Shown piece by piece: positions 1-10,275 of a stretch of DNA of 64,000 nt. Source of the stretch: Bradymonadia bacterium (GTDB lineage Bacteria; Myxococcota_A; Bradymonadia; UBA7976; UBA1532); assembly GCA_046290225.1 (NCBI GenBank), contig JBKAGE010000038.1, positions 32,001-96,000 of the forward strand, read 5' to 3'. Both the position numbers and the translations under genes were made by a program. A model generated the notes under the pieces. That model had not been told where the DNA came from and did no database searches. It saw only the letters and a list, made by a program, of their open reading frames with translations. How positions within the stretch are numbered: position 1 is the stretch's first letter; the number at the start of each line of letters is the position of its first letter.

Positions 1-1987
1 TGGAGGCGTTGAGGCTCTGGGCCCGGCCCTCCACCTCGCCCACCATCTGGTGTGTGGTGACGACATCACCATCGAGCGCCTGAATCACCTCCGCCGTCTT
101 GGCGGTGTTCTCGTTGGTCTCCTGAACGTTGCGGGCGATCTCGCCGGTGGCCGCTGACTGCTCCTCCACAGCGGCGGCGATGGCCTGACCCGTGTGGTCG
201 ATCTCGTCGATGGTGTGGGCCACGTTGGCCATGGCCTCGGACATCTGGGCCGAAGCCGTGAGCATCTGCTTCACCTGACCGGTGATCTTCGCCGCAGAAG
301 AAGCGGTCTGGTGGGCGAGATTCTTGACCTCGTCGGCCACCACAGCGAAACCCTTGCCCGCTTCGCCGGCCCGGGCAGACTCGATGGTGGCGTTGAGTGC
401 CAGCAAGTTGGTCTGCTCGGCGATCTCGGTGATGAGATCCACTACGGTGCCCACTTCGCGGGCCTGTTCTGCGAGGCCCTCCGCCACCGAGCGGGTCTCC
501 CCGGCAAGGGTGTTTGCCGAGTGGGTGATCACCGCAGACTGAGTCACCTGACCACTGATCTCGCCGATGGCGGCGAGCAACTGGTGCGCCGCGGTGGCCA
601 CAGCCTCGGTGCTCTGCTGAGCGAGCTGCGAGGCGTCGCCAGCGGCATCGGAGCTCGCCTTGACGTGATGGGCGGTCTGCCCCATCTGCTCTGCCACGGT
701 CAACAGCTTCATCACCTCGTTGTTCACATCGGCCACAGCGGCATCCGCCTGGCGCTCGATGGCGTCGGCGAGAGACATCACCGCAGCCTTGCGGGCTTCC
801 TTGGCCTGCTCTTCGAGAGCCGCACGCTCGGCGGCGGCCTGGTCGAGGGCTTTCAGACTCATCTTGAAGCTCGATACCGCTCTGGCCATGGCCCCGATCT
901 CTGCGGCGGCCTCAGTGTCGGTGATCTCGAGCTCGCGCTCCCCTTCGATGAGGGCCGCCATCTGGTACTGAATTCGACCCAGGGGGTTCACCAGGGAGAG
1001 CGCCATGAACCAGCCCACGAAGACCGTCGCCGCCACGACCAGCAGGCTGATGACGAGGGTGCTCCAGAACGCGCTCCATGCGGACTCCTCGAAGCGCGTG
1101 GCCGAACTCTGCACCTCGCTCGCGAGGGCCTGCTCCACCACCCACATCTGATCGATGCGCTTCGTGGCGGCGTCGAACCACTGCGGGCCGGTGATGCCTT
1201 GCAGCGCTCCACCGTGCACACTGCCGATGGCCGTAGAGCGCAAGCGCTCGATCTCGGCATCCTTGAGGGTGCTCTCGTGGAGCGCCAGCAGCTCGGGGCT
1301 GGCGTTCTTGGTGAAGATGTCGAAGTAGGCCTTCTGACCACCGATGAGCGAGATCATGCGGGTGTGCACCTTGGGGGCGAAGGCACCCTTGCCATAGCCG
1401 TTGGCCCCCATGGCCCGCTCGATGCCCGCCCGCTCTTTGAACTCGAGGTAGGCCACATAGGCACCGATGGTGTTCACCAGCTCACCACTCCGTGCAAACT
1501 GACCCATGGTGCTGATGGACTGGATCAGCTCGTGGATGATGGCGGTGTACCGCTTCGCCATGTCGCCCACAGTCCAGCTCATGTTGCTCACCGCAGTCCG
1601 GTGAGCCTCGAGCGCCTTCAGCAGAGTGAGGGATTGCGTCAGACGCTGATGAAAGTGGCTGCCGTAATCCTCTGTATGATGCTGTTCGAGGGCGGTCATG
1701 AGCGTGGAGACCGCCGCATCTGTGGATGTCCGCTGCGCGCTCAGGCGATCTTTGAAGGCTTGCGCCCCCTTGCTGCCGATGAACCCGGCGGAGTTGCCAC
1801 GCTCTTTCTGCAGCTCGTGGATCACAGCGCTCAATGTGGGCGCCAGCTCGGCCAGTGTGGCCATCTGACCTGCATCAGATGCTTTTGACGCGCTGCTGCC
1901 CAGATTGACGGTCGCAAAACCCACGAGGGCCAGTAGCGGTACAAGTGCGATGAGTGCGACGCGACCTTTGATGCCAAGACTCTGCAT
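1..1987 (-). CDS. Methyl-accepting chemotaxis protein with NIT (nitrate/nitrite-sensing) domain; runs off the window start
   Basis: Absent from the ORF track. Manual translation from ATG 1987 (AGGGAG RBS upstream) gives [23 protein letters not shown] (TM), the NIT motif [13 protein letters not shown], a second TM, a HAMP region and the MCP signature [37 protein letters not shown]. Confidence 0.92.
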   Translation of the reverse strand, partial: MQSLGIKGRVALIALVPLLALVGFATVNLGSSASKASDAGQMATLAELAPTLSAVIHELQKERGNSAGFIGSKGAQAFKDRLSAQRTSTDAAVSTLMTALEQHHTEDYGSHFHQRLTQSLTLLKALEAHRTAVSNMSWTVGDMAKRYTAIIHELIQSISTMGQFARSGELVNTIGAYVAYLEFKERAGIERAMGANGYGKGAFAPKVHTRMISLIGGQKAYFDIFTKNASPELLALHESTLKDAEIERLRSTAIGSVHGGALQGITGPQWFDAATKRIDQMWVVEQALASEVQSSATRFEESAWSAFWSTLVISLLVVAATVFVGWFMALSLVNPLGRIQYQMAALIEGERELEITDTEAAAEIGAMARAVSSFKMSLKALDQAAAERAALEEQAKEARKAAVMSLADAIERQADAAVADVNNEVMKLLTVAEQMGQTAHHVKASSDAAGDASQLAQQSTEAVATAAHQLLAAIGEISGQVTQSAVITHSANTLAGETRSVAEGLAEQAREVGTVVDLITEIAEQTNLLALNATIESARAGEAGKGFAVVADEVKNLAHQTASSAAKITGQVKQMLTASAQMSEAMANVAHTIDEIDHTGQAIAAAVEEQSAATGEIARNVQETNENTAKTAEVIQALDGDVVTTHQMVGEVEGRAQSLNAS

Positions 1988-2240
1988 GGCGACTCCCTGA
2001 AATCGTTGCCTCCCTACGTCGCTCTTCGGAGTACCCATGGGTCTATATGAATGACCCACATTCACCTGACCCAGCCCATTCAGTGGTGGGGTGGGTCGAG
2101 GTATATACAGTCTGTGGCTGTGTTCTCGGAACAGTGTGTGTGCAGGCTCAAACCCTTCGTCTGGCAAACGCACTCAAAAATCAAAATATTGTCAACGGGT
2201 TCACCCACCCTCAACGCACAGACGATGAATGGACCGCATC

Positions 2241-2588
2241 ATGTCATCTGAACGCACGCATATTTTGTTCGTGTGCACCATGAATCAGTGGCGCAGCCCC
2301 ACCGCCGAGCAGCTATGGCGGCGATCCGACATCCTCGCCACCCGCTCGGGAGGTACCAGCCCAAAAGCTCGACACACTGTGAGCGTGCCAGATCTCATAT
2401 GGGCCGACATCGTGCTGGTGATGGAGCGCAAGCATGCGGACCGGCTGAGAGCGAGCCACCCCCGAGCGACGCAGTATACCGACATCCGCATCCTCGGTGT
2501 CGCCGACGAGCACCCCTTCATGCACCCCGATCTGGTCGCCGAGTTGAAGGTCGTCGTGCCCCGAGCGCTGGGCTTTGATCCGGGCTGA
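2241..2588 (+). CDS. Low-molecular-weight protein-tyrosine phosphatase-like protein
   Basis: N-terminal CX5R loop (ILFVCTMNQWRSPTAE) and WADIVLVME. ATG 2241 is preferred over 2229. Confidence 0.8.
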   Translation: MSSERTHILFVCTMNQWRSPTAEQLWRRSDILATRSGGTSPKARHTVSVPDLIWADIVLVMERKHADRLRASHPRATQYTDIRILGVADEHPFMHPDLVAELKVVVPRALGFDPG

Positions 2589-2711
2589 GCCGAATTGAAC
2601 CGCCTCGACATCTGGTTGATGTGAGCGATCGCTCTTGATCTGCGAACTTGCCGCTCGCCTCGGCATCTTGTACGCCAGAAACCACCAATCACGCTGACCA
2701 GAAAGGGCGCC

Positions 2712-4124
2712 GTGTTCAATCCAACTGTCCGTCTCTCGAAGAGACCAGCGGGTCTGAGGGCGCTGGCCCTCACCGCGCTGTGCCTGCCGGCCATCTTCTC
2801 CACAGCAGGGGCCGAGGGGGCAGCCGCTCCGGCCCTCGAGGTGGAGCACTACACCCTCGACAACGGCATGCAGGTGATGCTCAGCCACGATGATCGCCTG
2901 CCGGTGGTGGCCGTGGAGGTGCGCTACTTCGTCGGCTCTGCCCACGAAGTCAAGGGGCGCACGGGCTTTGCCCACCTGTTCGAGCATCTGATGTTCCAGG
3001 GCTCGCAGAACTTCGACAATGAGTACTTCGCCCCCTTCGAGCCCATCGGGGCACAGATCAACGGCACCACCAGTACCGATCGCACCAACTACTATGTGCG
3101 CCTGCCGAGCAACTACCTCGAGCTGGCCCTGTGGATGGAATCGGACCGCATGGCCAACCTGCTGCCGGCCCTCACCATGGAGAAGCTGAACAACCAGCGC
3201 GACGTGGTGAAGAACGAGCGCCGGCAGAGCTACGAGAACCGGCCGTACGGCATGGTGTGGAAGCTGCTCAAGGAGACGCTGTTCCCCGAGGGGCACCCCT
3301 ACCACCACACCACCATCGGCTCTCATGCTGATCTCACCGCCGCCACCCTCGACGATGTGAAGGCCTTCTTCCGCAAGTACTATGTGCCCACCAACGCGGT
3401 GATCACCATCGTGGGCGACTTCGATCGCGCCCACGCCAAAGCCCTGGTGAAGAAGTACTTCGGCGGACTGGCGAAGGGTGAGCGGGCCCCGACCCCCAAA
3501 GCCGAGCTGCCCACCCTCGAGGGTCCGATCCACCTGCGCACCACCGATCAGGTGAAGCTGCCCCGGGTGTACCTCGCCTGGGTCACCCCGGCCCTCTACG
3601 CCCAGGGCGACGCCGAGATGGACGTACTCGCCAGCGTGCTCAGCGATGGCAAAACGAGCCGTCTCTACAAGCCTCTCGTGTATGAACAGAAGGTGGCCAA
3701 CGACGTGGCAGCCTTCCAGGTCTCGAGCCAGCTGGGCAGCTTCTTCGTGATCCAGGCCACGGCAGCCCCGGGCAAGACCGCCGACGAGGTGGGCGACGCC
3801 CTGCTGAAGGCCGTAGATGCAGCCCTGGCCACGGCGCCGAGTCAGGACGAGTTCGACCGGGCCCTCAACGGCTGGCGCAAGTCGTTCTATGGCCGCGTCG
3901 AGGGCGTGCTCAGTCGCGCTCAGCTGCTGAGCACCTACCTGCACCTCACCGGCAGCCCCGACTACCTGGGCAAGGATCTCGCCCGATACACAGAGTTGAC
4001 CCCCGCCAACCTGCACGCCGCCGCCCAGAAGTGGCTCACCGCCAACCGCCGCCTGCGTCTCGACGTGGTGGTGGGCGAGAAGAGCGAAACCGCCACCCCG
4101 GTGGTGGCCGAGGGGGGGCAGTGA
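2712..4124 (+). CDS. M16 (pitrilysin) family zinc peptidase, catalytic subunit, exported
   Basis: HxxEH motif (GFAHLFEHLMF), INGTTSTDRTNYY, LWMESDRM, and an N-terminal signal peptide. Confidence 0.95.
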   Translation: MFNPTVRLSKRPAGLRALALTALCLPAIFSTAGAEGAAAPALEVEHYTLDNGMQVMLSHDDRLPVVAVEVRYFVGSAHEVKGRTGFAHLFEHLMFQGSQNFDNEYFAPFEPIGAQINGTTSTDRTNYYVRLPSNYLELALWMESDRMANLLPALTMEKLNNQRDVVKNERRQSYENRPYGMVWKLLKETLFPEGHPYHHTTIGSHADLTAATLDDVKAFFRKYYVPTNAVITIVGDFDRAHAKALVKKYFGGLAKGERAPTPKAELPTLEGPIHLRTTDQVKLPRVYLAWVTPALYAQGDAEMDVLASVLSDGKTSRLYKPLVYEQKVANDVAAFQVSSQLGSFFVIQATAAPGKTADEVGDALLKAVDAALATAPSQDEFDRALNGWRKSFYGRVEGVLSRAQLLSTYLHLTGSPDYLGKDLARYTELTPANLHAAAQKWLTANRRLRLDVVVGEKSETATPVVAEGGQ

Positions 4125-5692
4125 ACATGACGAGCATGATGTACGTGAAGACCCCTGCGCTCCGCATCGCAGCGCCGCTCTGTGCCGCCCTGCTGACCCT
4201 CGGGGGCTGTGGTGGAGGCAAGGCCACCACCGACACCCCCACCACCTCAACGGCGACCCCTGATCTGGGCCCCATCGATCGCTCGAAGCTGCCTGAGCCT
4301 GCCGCTTCGAAGACCTGGGCGCCGCCGGCGGTGAGCCACTGGACGATGGCCAACGGCATCGAGGTGTATCACCTGCAGCAGAACCAGGCCCCCCTCGTGG
4401 CCCTGGAGCTGATCTTCCCCCGAGGGGCCGCCCTCGATCCGGTGGACAAGGCAGGGCTCACCCACCTCACCGCCGCCATGCTCGACGAGGGGGCCGAGGG
4501 CATGAACGCCTTCGCCATCAGCGAGGCGTTCCAGCGTCTGGCCACCGACTTCAGCATTTCCGTGGGCACCGACGCCACGATGGTGTCGATGGACATGCTC
4601 GCCGACAAGGTCGACGAGTCTCTCGGGCTCATGACCAAGGTCATGCGCACAGCCACCTTCCCCGAGGCGGAGTTCGCCCGGGTGAAGGCTCAGTCGCGCG
4701 CTCAAGCCCTCGCCCAGGAGGCGCAGCCGGGCTGGGGCAACACCGTGGTCATGCGAAAGGTGCTCTTCGGCGAGGGCTACGGCGCCGCGCCGCCCACGGG
4801 TACGCGGGCCTCCCTCGGGGCCATCACCCTCGACGACATCAAGGGCCAGTACGCCAAGGTGTTCCACCCCCAGGGGCTCGCCGTGGTGGCCGTGGGGGCC
4901 ATCGACAAGGCGGCCCTCGAAGCCGCTCTGAAGAACCACTTCACCGACTGGCCCAAGGGTGCTGAGGCCCCAGCCACGACGGTGGAGAGCCGCGAAGTGA
5001 AGCGGGGCATCTACTTCGTCGACTACCCCGGCGCCCCTCAGTCGGCCCTCACGGTGGCTCGCCGCGTCGACGGCTTCGACGCCGCCATCGGGCCCCAGGG
5101 CGACTACTTCCCCGCCATGGTGTTCAACTGGACCCTCGGCGGCGCCTTCACCAGCCGCGTGAACATGAACCTGCGAGAGGACAAGGGCTACACCTACGGC
5201 GCTCGCAGCTACTTCAACCGCTGGTCCAAGGCAGGGTTCTTCATGCTCACCGCCCAGGTGAAGTCGGAGACCACCCGGGCGAGCGTCGACGAGATCTTCA
5301 AGGAGCTCGACGGCATCCACGGGCCCAAGCCGGTCACCGCCGACGAGCAGAAGCAGGCACAAGGCGGCCTGTTGTTGGGCTTCCCCGGCCGCTTCGAGAA
5401 CATGGGCTCCGTCGCCGGGCAGCTGAGCAAGCTGCCCATGCACAGTTTGCCCATGGACTGGTTCACCTCATGGTCAGGTAAGGTAGAAGCTGTGACGTCG
5501 GCGCAGGTCAAGGCCATGGCCGATCGATACACCCAGGCAGGAGATTTCAGCATCTTCATCGCGGGTGATCGCAAGACCGTGGCCCCGACTCTCGAGTCGT
5601 TGAACCTGCCAATCTACTACTACGATGCCCTGGGCAACCCTCTGCCTGCAGAGGAGAAGACCGCTGAGGGCACCGAGAAGACTACGCCTTGA
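4121..5692 (+). CDS. M16 family non-catalytic partner subunit, lipoprotein
   Basis: M16 fold motifs without HxxEH; LREDKGYTYG; lipobox-like LGGC; GTGA overlap with the upstream stop. Confidence 0.9.
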   Translation: MNMTSMMYVKTPALRIAAPLCAALLTLGGCGGGKATTDTPTTSTATPDLGPIDRSKLPEPAASKTWAPPAVSHWTMANGIEVYHLQQNQAPLVALELIFPRGAALDPVDKAGLTHLTAAMLDEGAEGMNAFAISEAFQRLATDFSISVGTDATMVSMDMLADKVDESLGLMTKVMRTATFPEAEFARVKAQSRAQALAQEAQPGWGNTVVMRKVLFGEGYGAAPPTGTRASLGAITLDDIKGQYAKVFHPQGLAVVAVGAIDKAALEAALKNHFTDWPKGAEAPATTVESREVKRGIYFVDYPGAPQSALTVARRVDGFDAAIGPQGDYFPAMVFNWTLGGAFTSRVNMNLREDKGYTYGARSYFNRWSKAGFFMLTAQVKSETTRASVDEIFKELDGIHGPKPVTADEQKQAQGGLLLGFPGRFENMGSVAGQLSKLPMHSLPMDWFTSWSGKVEAVTSAQVKAMADRYTQAGDFSIFIAGDRKTVAPTLESLNLPIYYYDALGNPLPAEEKTAEGTEKTTP

Positions 5693-7509
5693 GCCGATCT
5701 GCCCCGACACTGCTCTGCCTGGCCTTCGCCTTTGTGTGGGGCTGTGACGGGGACTCTCCCCAGAATCTCGCCGATGCCATCGCTGCCTCGGATGCTCGCC
5801 CGTCGATCGTGGATGGGGCCCTCCTCGATGCCCAGGCCCCCGATCTGGATGCAGGATCTGTGGACGGCACATTGCCCCCAGACTCTGCTCTCTCAGATGC
5901 AACCTCAGGCGACGTTGGCGATCTCGATGCCGGCACCCTCGACGGGCAGTTGAGCGATGGTACAGCCCCCGACGCCGAGCCCCCTGACGTCGATCCCTCT
6001 GACGCCGGGGCCGATCTGCCCGATGTGGAGATGCCCGACGCGCTCTTCGTCAACCCGCGATGCGAGAACCAGTGCGCCCGCGCCGTGGAGTGCGGCCTCG
6101 TGGAAGACGCAGCTCGCTGTGGTGAGCTCTGCACGATCAACCTGCAGTCAGATGATCCGCTCACAGCCCATCGAGCGCGCATCACGGAGGCGTGCATCGA
6201 CGCCACCCCTGCCAATGCCTGTGGCGCCATTCTCGACTGCCTGAGCCCGCCGCCGGCGGCGGCTCCCCTGCCGGATGCCACCTGTGAGGCTTTCTGTGAA
6301 GCGCAGGATGTCTGTGGGACGGGCTTCTCCGGATGTCTGGAGATCTGTCAACAGCGCGTGAGCGGCGGGGGCTATCAGGTCTTTGTGAACTGCGGCACGC
6401 ACTACCTCGGTGGTGGGCGCTGTGACGAATCCAATTATCAGCTCTGCGCCCGCAGCCCCGAAGCCCTCGGCGGAATCGTGGGCCGATGCACCACCCTGTG
6501 CGAACATCTGAGCCTGTGTGAGCACCCTGCAGGTGTCGATGCAGAGGCTTGCCGCGTCGAATGCCAGCGAGCCCTCAACGCCGTCGAAGACCCTCAACAG
6601 AATCTCTGGCGCACACGGATCCCATGCATCGACGCCACACGCTGCCTCGAGCTTGATGCGTGTATGGAAGCCCTCTCCCCAGAGGTACAGTGCCCACGCC
6701 ACTGTGAAGCTGCGGCCGCATGCGATCTCAGAGGGCCGGCACCTCAGGCGGTGCCCGAATGCACCGCTCAGTGTCTGGCATTGCAAGATCGTCCACGGTG
6801 GACCAACTGGAACGTCTGCATGTCTGAAGCCCTCACCGCCGGTGAAGGTGAAGCGCCAGAGCCTGGCTTCTGCGATCCGCTCAGACAATGCGCCGTCGCT
6901 GATCCTCCACCCTGCGGCCTCTACTGCGCCCGCCTCGCCGAATGTGAGCGACGGGGCGCCGGCCCCGAATGCGAGGCGAGCTGTGATACCCGGGCGCTCC
7001 TGGGCCCAGATCTCATGCACCAGCTGATCACCTGTGTCGTCGCCGCCGACGCTTGCGAGGGCACCCCCACGAGCGTTCAAGGCTGCCTGGACTTCCCCCG
7101 TGCGGCCCTGCCCCCTCTGGAAGACTGCCACCGTCGCTGCCGGGCAGAGGTGGTCTGCACAGACCCACCTCAACCCCCAGGAGACGATGCCCGGTGGGCG
7201 GCCTGTCTCGACGCCTGCGCAGAGGGCTTACCCACTGACGCAGCGCTGCAGCTACACGCCGCCTCCGAGTGTCTGTTGGGTGTCTCGGACTTGATGGCTT
7301 GCCCCGACGTGCGAGCGTGCTTGCCTGAGGTCGCCGAGGTGAGCTGCGATGCGTTGTGTATCCAGCTGAATCTGTGTGGGGTCGCGCCGCCCCAGTGCGA
7401 GGCCTGGTGTCAGGGATCACCAGATAGAGCGCTTGCGGCCTGTGTCGCCGAAGCCACCCGCCTCGTTCGGGGCTGTGATGGGGTGGCGGCTTGCCTGCCC
7501 CCTCCATGA
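5689..7509 (+). CDS. Cys-rich repeat lipoprotein (seven 8-Cys units)
   Basis: Lipobox VWGC, Asp/Ala/Pro linker and repeated C-x3-C-x5-C...C-x3-C units. The TTG start overlaps the M16 stop. Confidence 0.75.
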   Translation: MSRSAPTLLCLAFAFVWGCDGDSPQNLADAIAASDARPSIVDGALLDAQAPDLDAGSVDGTLPPDSALSDATSGDVGDLDAGTLDGQLSDGTAPDAEPPDVDPSDAGADLPDVEMPDALFVNPRCENQCARAVECGLVEDAARCGELCTINLQSDDPLTAHRARITEACIDATPANACGAILDCLSPPPAAAPLPDATCEAFCEAQDVCGTGFSGCLEICQQRVSGGGYQVFVNCGTHYLGGGRCDESNYQLCARSPEALGGIVGRCTTLCEHLSLCEHPAGVDAEACRVECQRALNAVEDPQQNLWRTRIPCIDATRCLELDACMEALSPEVQCPRHCEAAAACDLRGPAPQAVPECTAQCLALQDRPRWTNWNVCMSEALTAGEGEAPEPGFCDPLRQCAVADPPPCGLYCARLAECERRGAGPECEASCDTRALLGPDLMHQLITCVVAADACEGTPTSVQGCLDFPRAALPPLEDCHRRCRAEVVCTDPPQPPGDDARWAACLDACAEGLPTDAALQLHAASECLLGVSDLMACPDVRACLPEVAEVSCDALCIQLNLCGVAPPQCEAWCQGSPDRALAACVAEATRLVRGCDGVAACLPPP

Positions 7510-7533
7510 AGGCCCATGGGGCCGATCACTCGA

Positions 7534-9507
7534 TCAGCCCGCCACCACCATCAGCCGGGCTACGAGGCGGCTGAAGTTCGCGGGATCGGGCAGCGGGGAG
7601 CCCTCGGCGAGCAGGGCCTGGCCATAGAGCAGCTCGGTGAAGTCAGCGAGCTGCGGATCGTCGGCGTTGGCGTCGTACAGGCGCTGCATGGTGGTCAACA
7701 CGGGGTGCTCGGGGTTCAGCTCGAGGATCCGCTTCACCACGGGGGCTTCCTGGCCCGTGGAGCGGAGAATCCGCTCCATCTGGGGGCTCATGTCGTGCTC
7801 CCCACCCACGAGACACACCGCGGAATCTTTGAGGCGGTTCGAAAGGCGAACCTCTCTCACCTTCTCGTCGAGGGCCTTCTGCAGGAACTCCAGCAACGAG
7901 GCGTGGGTCTTCTGCTTCTCGGAGCGGGCCTCCTCGGCGGCCTTGCGCTCCTCTTCAGTGCCGACCTCTACCTCGCCCTTGCCCACGGACTTCACGGGCT
8001 TGCCGTCGAACTCGGTGAGCTGGCCCACCATGATCTCGTCCACGGGATCGGTGAGGAACAGCACCTCGTAACCCCGAGCCTTGAGGGCCTCGAGGTGGGG
8101 TGAGTTCTCCACCATGGAGCGGCGCTCACCGGTGATGTAGTAGATGGCCTCCTGGTCTTCGGGCATCCGCTCCACGTAGCCGGCGAGATCAGTGACCTCG
8201 GTCTCGTGGCGGGAGCTTTCGAAGAGCAGCAGATCGTCGAGCTTGCCCCGGGCGTCGAAGTCCGTGGCCACGCCCTCCTTGAGGACCTGGCCAAAGCCCT
8301 GCCAGAACTTCTCGTACTTCTCCCGATCGTCTTTCTTGAGGGTCTTGAGCGTGTCGATGGTCTTCTTGACCACACGCTTCCTAATCTGGGCCACCCGGCG
8401 GTCTTCCTGGAGCATCTCCCGGCTGACGTTGAGCGACAGATCAGGAGAGTCGACCACCCCCTTCACGAACCGCATCCACGAGGGCAGCAGATCTTCGCAG
8501 CGCTCCATGATGAGCACGCGGTTCACGTACAGCTGCAGCCCGTACTTGATGTCGCGGTAGTAAAGATCGAAGGGCGGGTTCTCGGGGATGAACAGCAGCG
8601 CGCTGTACTGGAAGGTGCCTTCGGTGCGGATGCTCACCCGCTCCAGAGGCTCGGTCCAGTCGTGGGAGATGTGCTTGTAGAACTCGGTGTACTCTTCGTC
8701 GGTGACGTCGGCGGGGCGGCGGGTCCAGATGGCCTTCATGGAGTTGACCACGGGCCACTCCACCACCGTCTTCACCTCGCCGTCTTCCTTGAGGTTGCCC
8801 TCTTCGTCCCGCTCCCGCTCCTCGCGCTCGGTGCGCAGCTTGATGGGGTAGGTGACGAAGTCGGAGTACTTCTTGATGGTGCGGCGGATGACGTGATCTT
8901 GAGTGAAGTCCTCGAGATCGTTCTCTGGATCAGCCTCGCGCAGGTGCAGGATGATCGTGGTGCCGTGGGCCTCACGGGTGGTGGACTCCACGGTGAAAGC
9001 GCCATCGCCGGCGGAGTGCCAGCGGGTGGCCTCCTCAGTGCCGGCCTTGCGGGTGATCACCGTGACCTCACCGGCCACCATGAAGGCCGAGTAGAAGCCC
9101 ACGCCGAACTGCCCGATGAGGGACTCCATCGTCGCCGCGGCGCCCTCTTGCTCGGCCTTTTGCTGGTCCGAGAGGGCCTCCATGAAGGCCTTGGTGCCCG
9201 AGCGGGCGATGGTGCCGAGGTTCTCGACCACCTCTTCGCGGCTCATGCCGATGCCGTTGTCGGTGATCACCAGAGTACGGGTGCCTGCAGCCTCGTGCAC
9301 CTTGGGCTCGATGTGAATCTCGAGATCACCAGCGTCGATGCTGGTGTCGGTGAGGGCCTCGAACCGCAACCGATCCAAGGCATCGGAGGCGTTGGAGATC
9401 AGCTCTCGCAGGAACACATCTTTGTGGCTGTAGAGCGAATGGATCACCAGATCGAGCAGCTGGCGGGCTTCAGACTTGAATTCGAAGGTCGAGGGCTGGG
9501 CGCTCAC
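7534..9507 (-). CDS. htpG: Molecular chaperone HtpG (Hsp90)
   Basis: LYSHKDVFLRELISNASDA, DNGIGMS, IGQFGVGFYSAF and LNVSREMLQ. GTG start at 9507 follows a GAGGAGG RBS. Confidence 0.98.
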   Translation of the reverse strand: MSAQPSTFEFKSEARQLLDLVIHSLYSHKDVFLRELISNASDALDRLRFEALTDTSIDAGDLEIHIEPKVHEAAGTRTLVITDNGIGMSREEVVENLGTIARSGTKAFMEALSDQQKAEQEGAAATMESLIGQFGVGFYSAFMVAGEVTVITRKAGTEEATRWHSAGDGAFTVESTTREAHGTTIILHLREADPENDLEDFTQDHVIRRTIKKYSDFVTYPIKLRTEREERERDEEGNLKEDGEVKTVVEWPVVNSMKAIWTRRPADVTDEEYTEFYKHISHDWTEPLERVSIRTEGTFQYSALLFIPENPPFDLYYRDIKYGLQLYVNRVLIMERCEDLLPSWMRFVKGVVDSPDLSLNVSREMLQEDRRVAQIRKRVVKKTIDTLKTLKKDDREKYEKFWQGFGQVLKEGVATDFDARGKLDDLLLFESSRHETEVTDLAGYVERMPEDQEAIYYITGERRSMVENSPHLEALKARGYEVLFLTDPVDEIMVGQLTEFDGKPVKSVGKGEVEVGTEEERKAAEEARSEKQKTHASLLEFLQKALDEKVREVRLSNRLKDSAVCLVGGEHDMSPQMERILRSTGQEAPVVKRILELNPEHPVLTTMQRLYDANADDPQLADFTELLYGQALLAEGSPLPDPANFSRLVARLMVVAG

Positions 9508-9692
9508 GGGAGTCCTCCTCGGGGGATCAGCAGGGTCATCGTTGATTTTGCCCACGCGGTTTTGCATTGCGTGAAACCGCGGGCCATGTCACCCATGAGC
9601 CCTCGGGCGGGCATACCATAAGCCGGGTTGAGAGACCCGCAAGGGGGGGGCACGAGAAGAGTGCTCCATCGTGAACTCAGGAGTCGCCTGCG

Positions 9693-10271
9693 ATGGCCCA
9701 ATTGCCCACAGCCTTCATCCAACCTCACAACGGCCACTGGCCGGAGATTCACCCCACGGCCTTCGTGCACCCGAGGGCCACGATCATCGGCAGAGTGAAG
9801 CTCGGCGCTGGGGTGAACATCTGGCCCTCGGCCACCCTGAGGGCCGACGAAGGCGAGATCGTCATCGGTGAGGGCACCAACATTCAAGATGGCACCTCGG
9901 TGCACATGACCGGTGGCCAGAGCGACACCATCATCGGTGCCCGGTGCACCATCGGTCACAACGTGATCCTCCACGGCTGCCAGGTAGAAGACGAGTGCGT
10001 GATCGGCATGGGGGCGATTCTGCTCGACAATTGCCGCATCGGTACCGGCAGCTTCATCGGCGCCGGCACCTTGATCACCGGGCACAAGGTGATCCCACCG
10101 AACAGCCTCGTGTACGGGAACCCCTTCAAGATCATCCGCCAGACCACCGAAGTGGAGCAGTCGTGGATCAAATACTCCTGGGCCCACTATCAGGAGAACG
10201 CCGAGACCCACCGGGCGGCGCTGCTGGAGATGGCTCAGAAGATGATCGACGCGTCCAACGAGGAGGGGTGA
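9693..10271 (+). CDS. Gamma-carbonic anhydrase family protein (YrdA/PaaY-like)
   Basis: Hexapeptide repeats, TNIQDG.SVH, TIGHNVILHGC, IGMGAILLD. Confidence 0.92.
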   Translation: MAQLPTAFIQPHNGHWPEIHPTAFVHPRATIIGRVKLGAGVNIWPSATLRADEGEIVIGEGTNIQDGTSVHMTGGQSDTIIGARCTIGHNVILHGCQVEDECVIGMGAILLDNCRIGTGSFIGAGTLITGHKVIPPNSLVYGNPFKIIRQTTEVEQSWIKYSWAHYQENAETHRAALLEMAQKMIDASNEEG

Positions 10272-10275
10272 CGCG

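Noticed and set aside
194..1888. 564-aa plus-strand ORF
   Set aside because: It is the antisense shadow of the minus-strand MCP, which has clear motifs. Such shadows are typical of high-GC DNA.
2313..4250. Long antisense ORFs (also 8206-9621, 27972-29732, 34349-35620, 43350-44987 and others)
   Set aside because: They lie opposite well-supported genes, have His/Gly/Arg-rich shadow composition and show no motifs.
9555..9670. CIRCE or sigma32 element for htpG
   Set aside because: The GCAC...GAGTGC spacing does not fit CIRCE and there is no sigma32 -10 box. Only a generic hairpin (9555-9581) is present.
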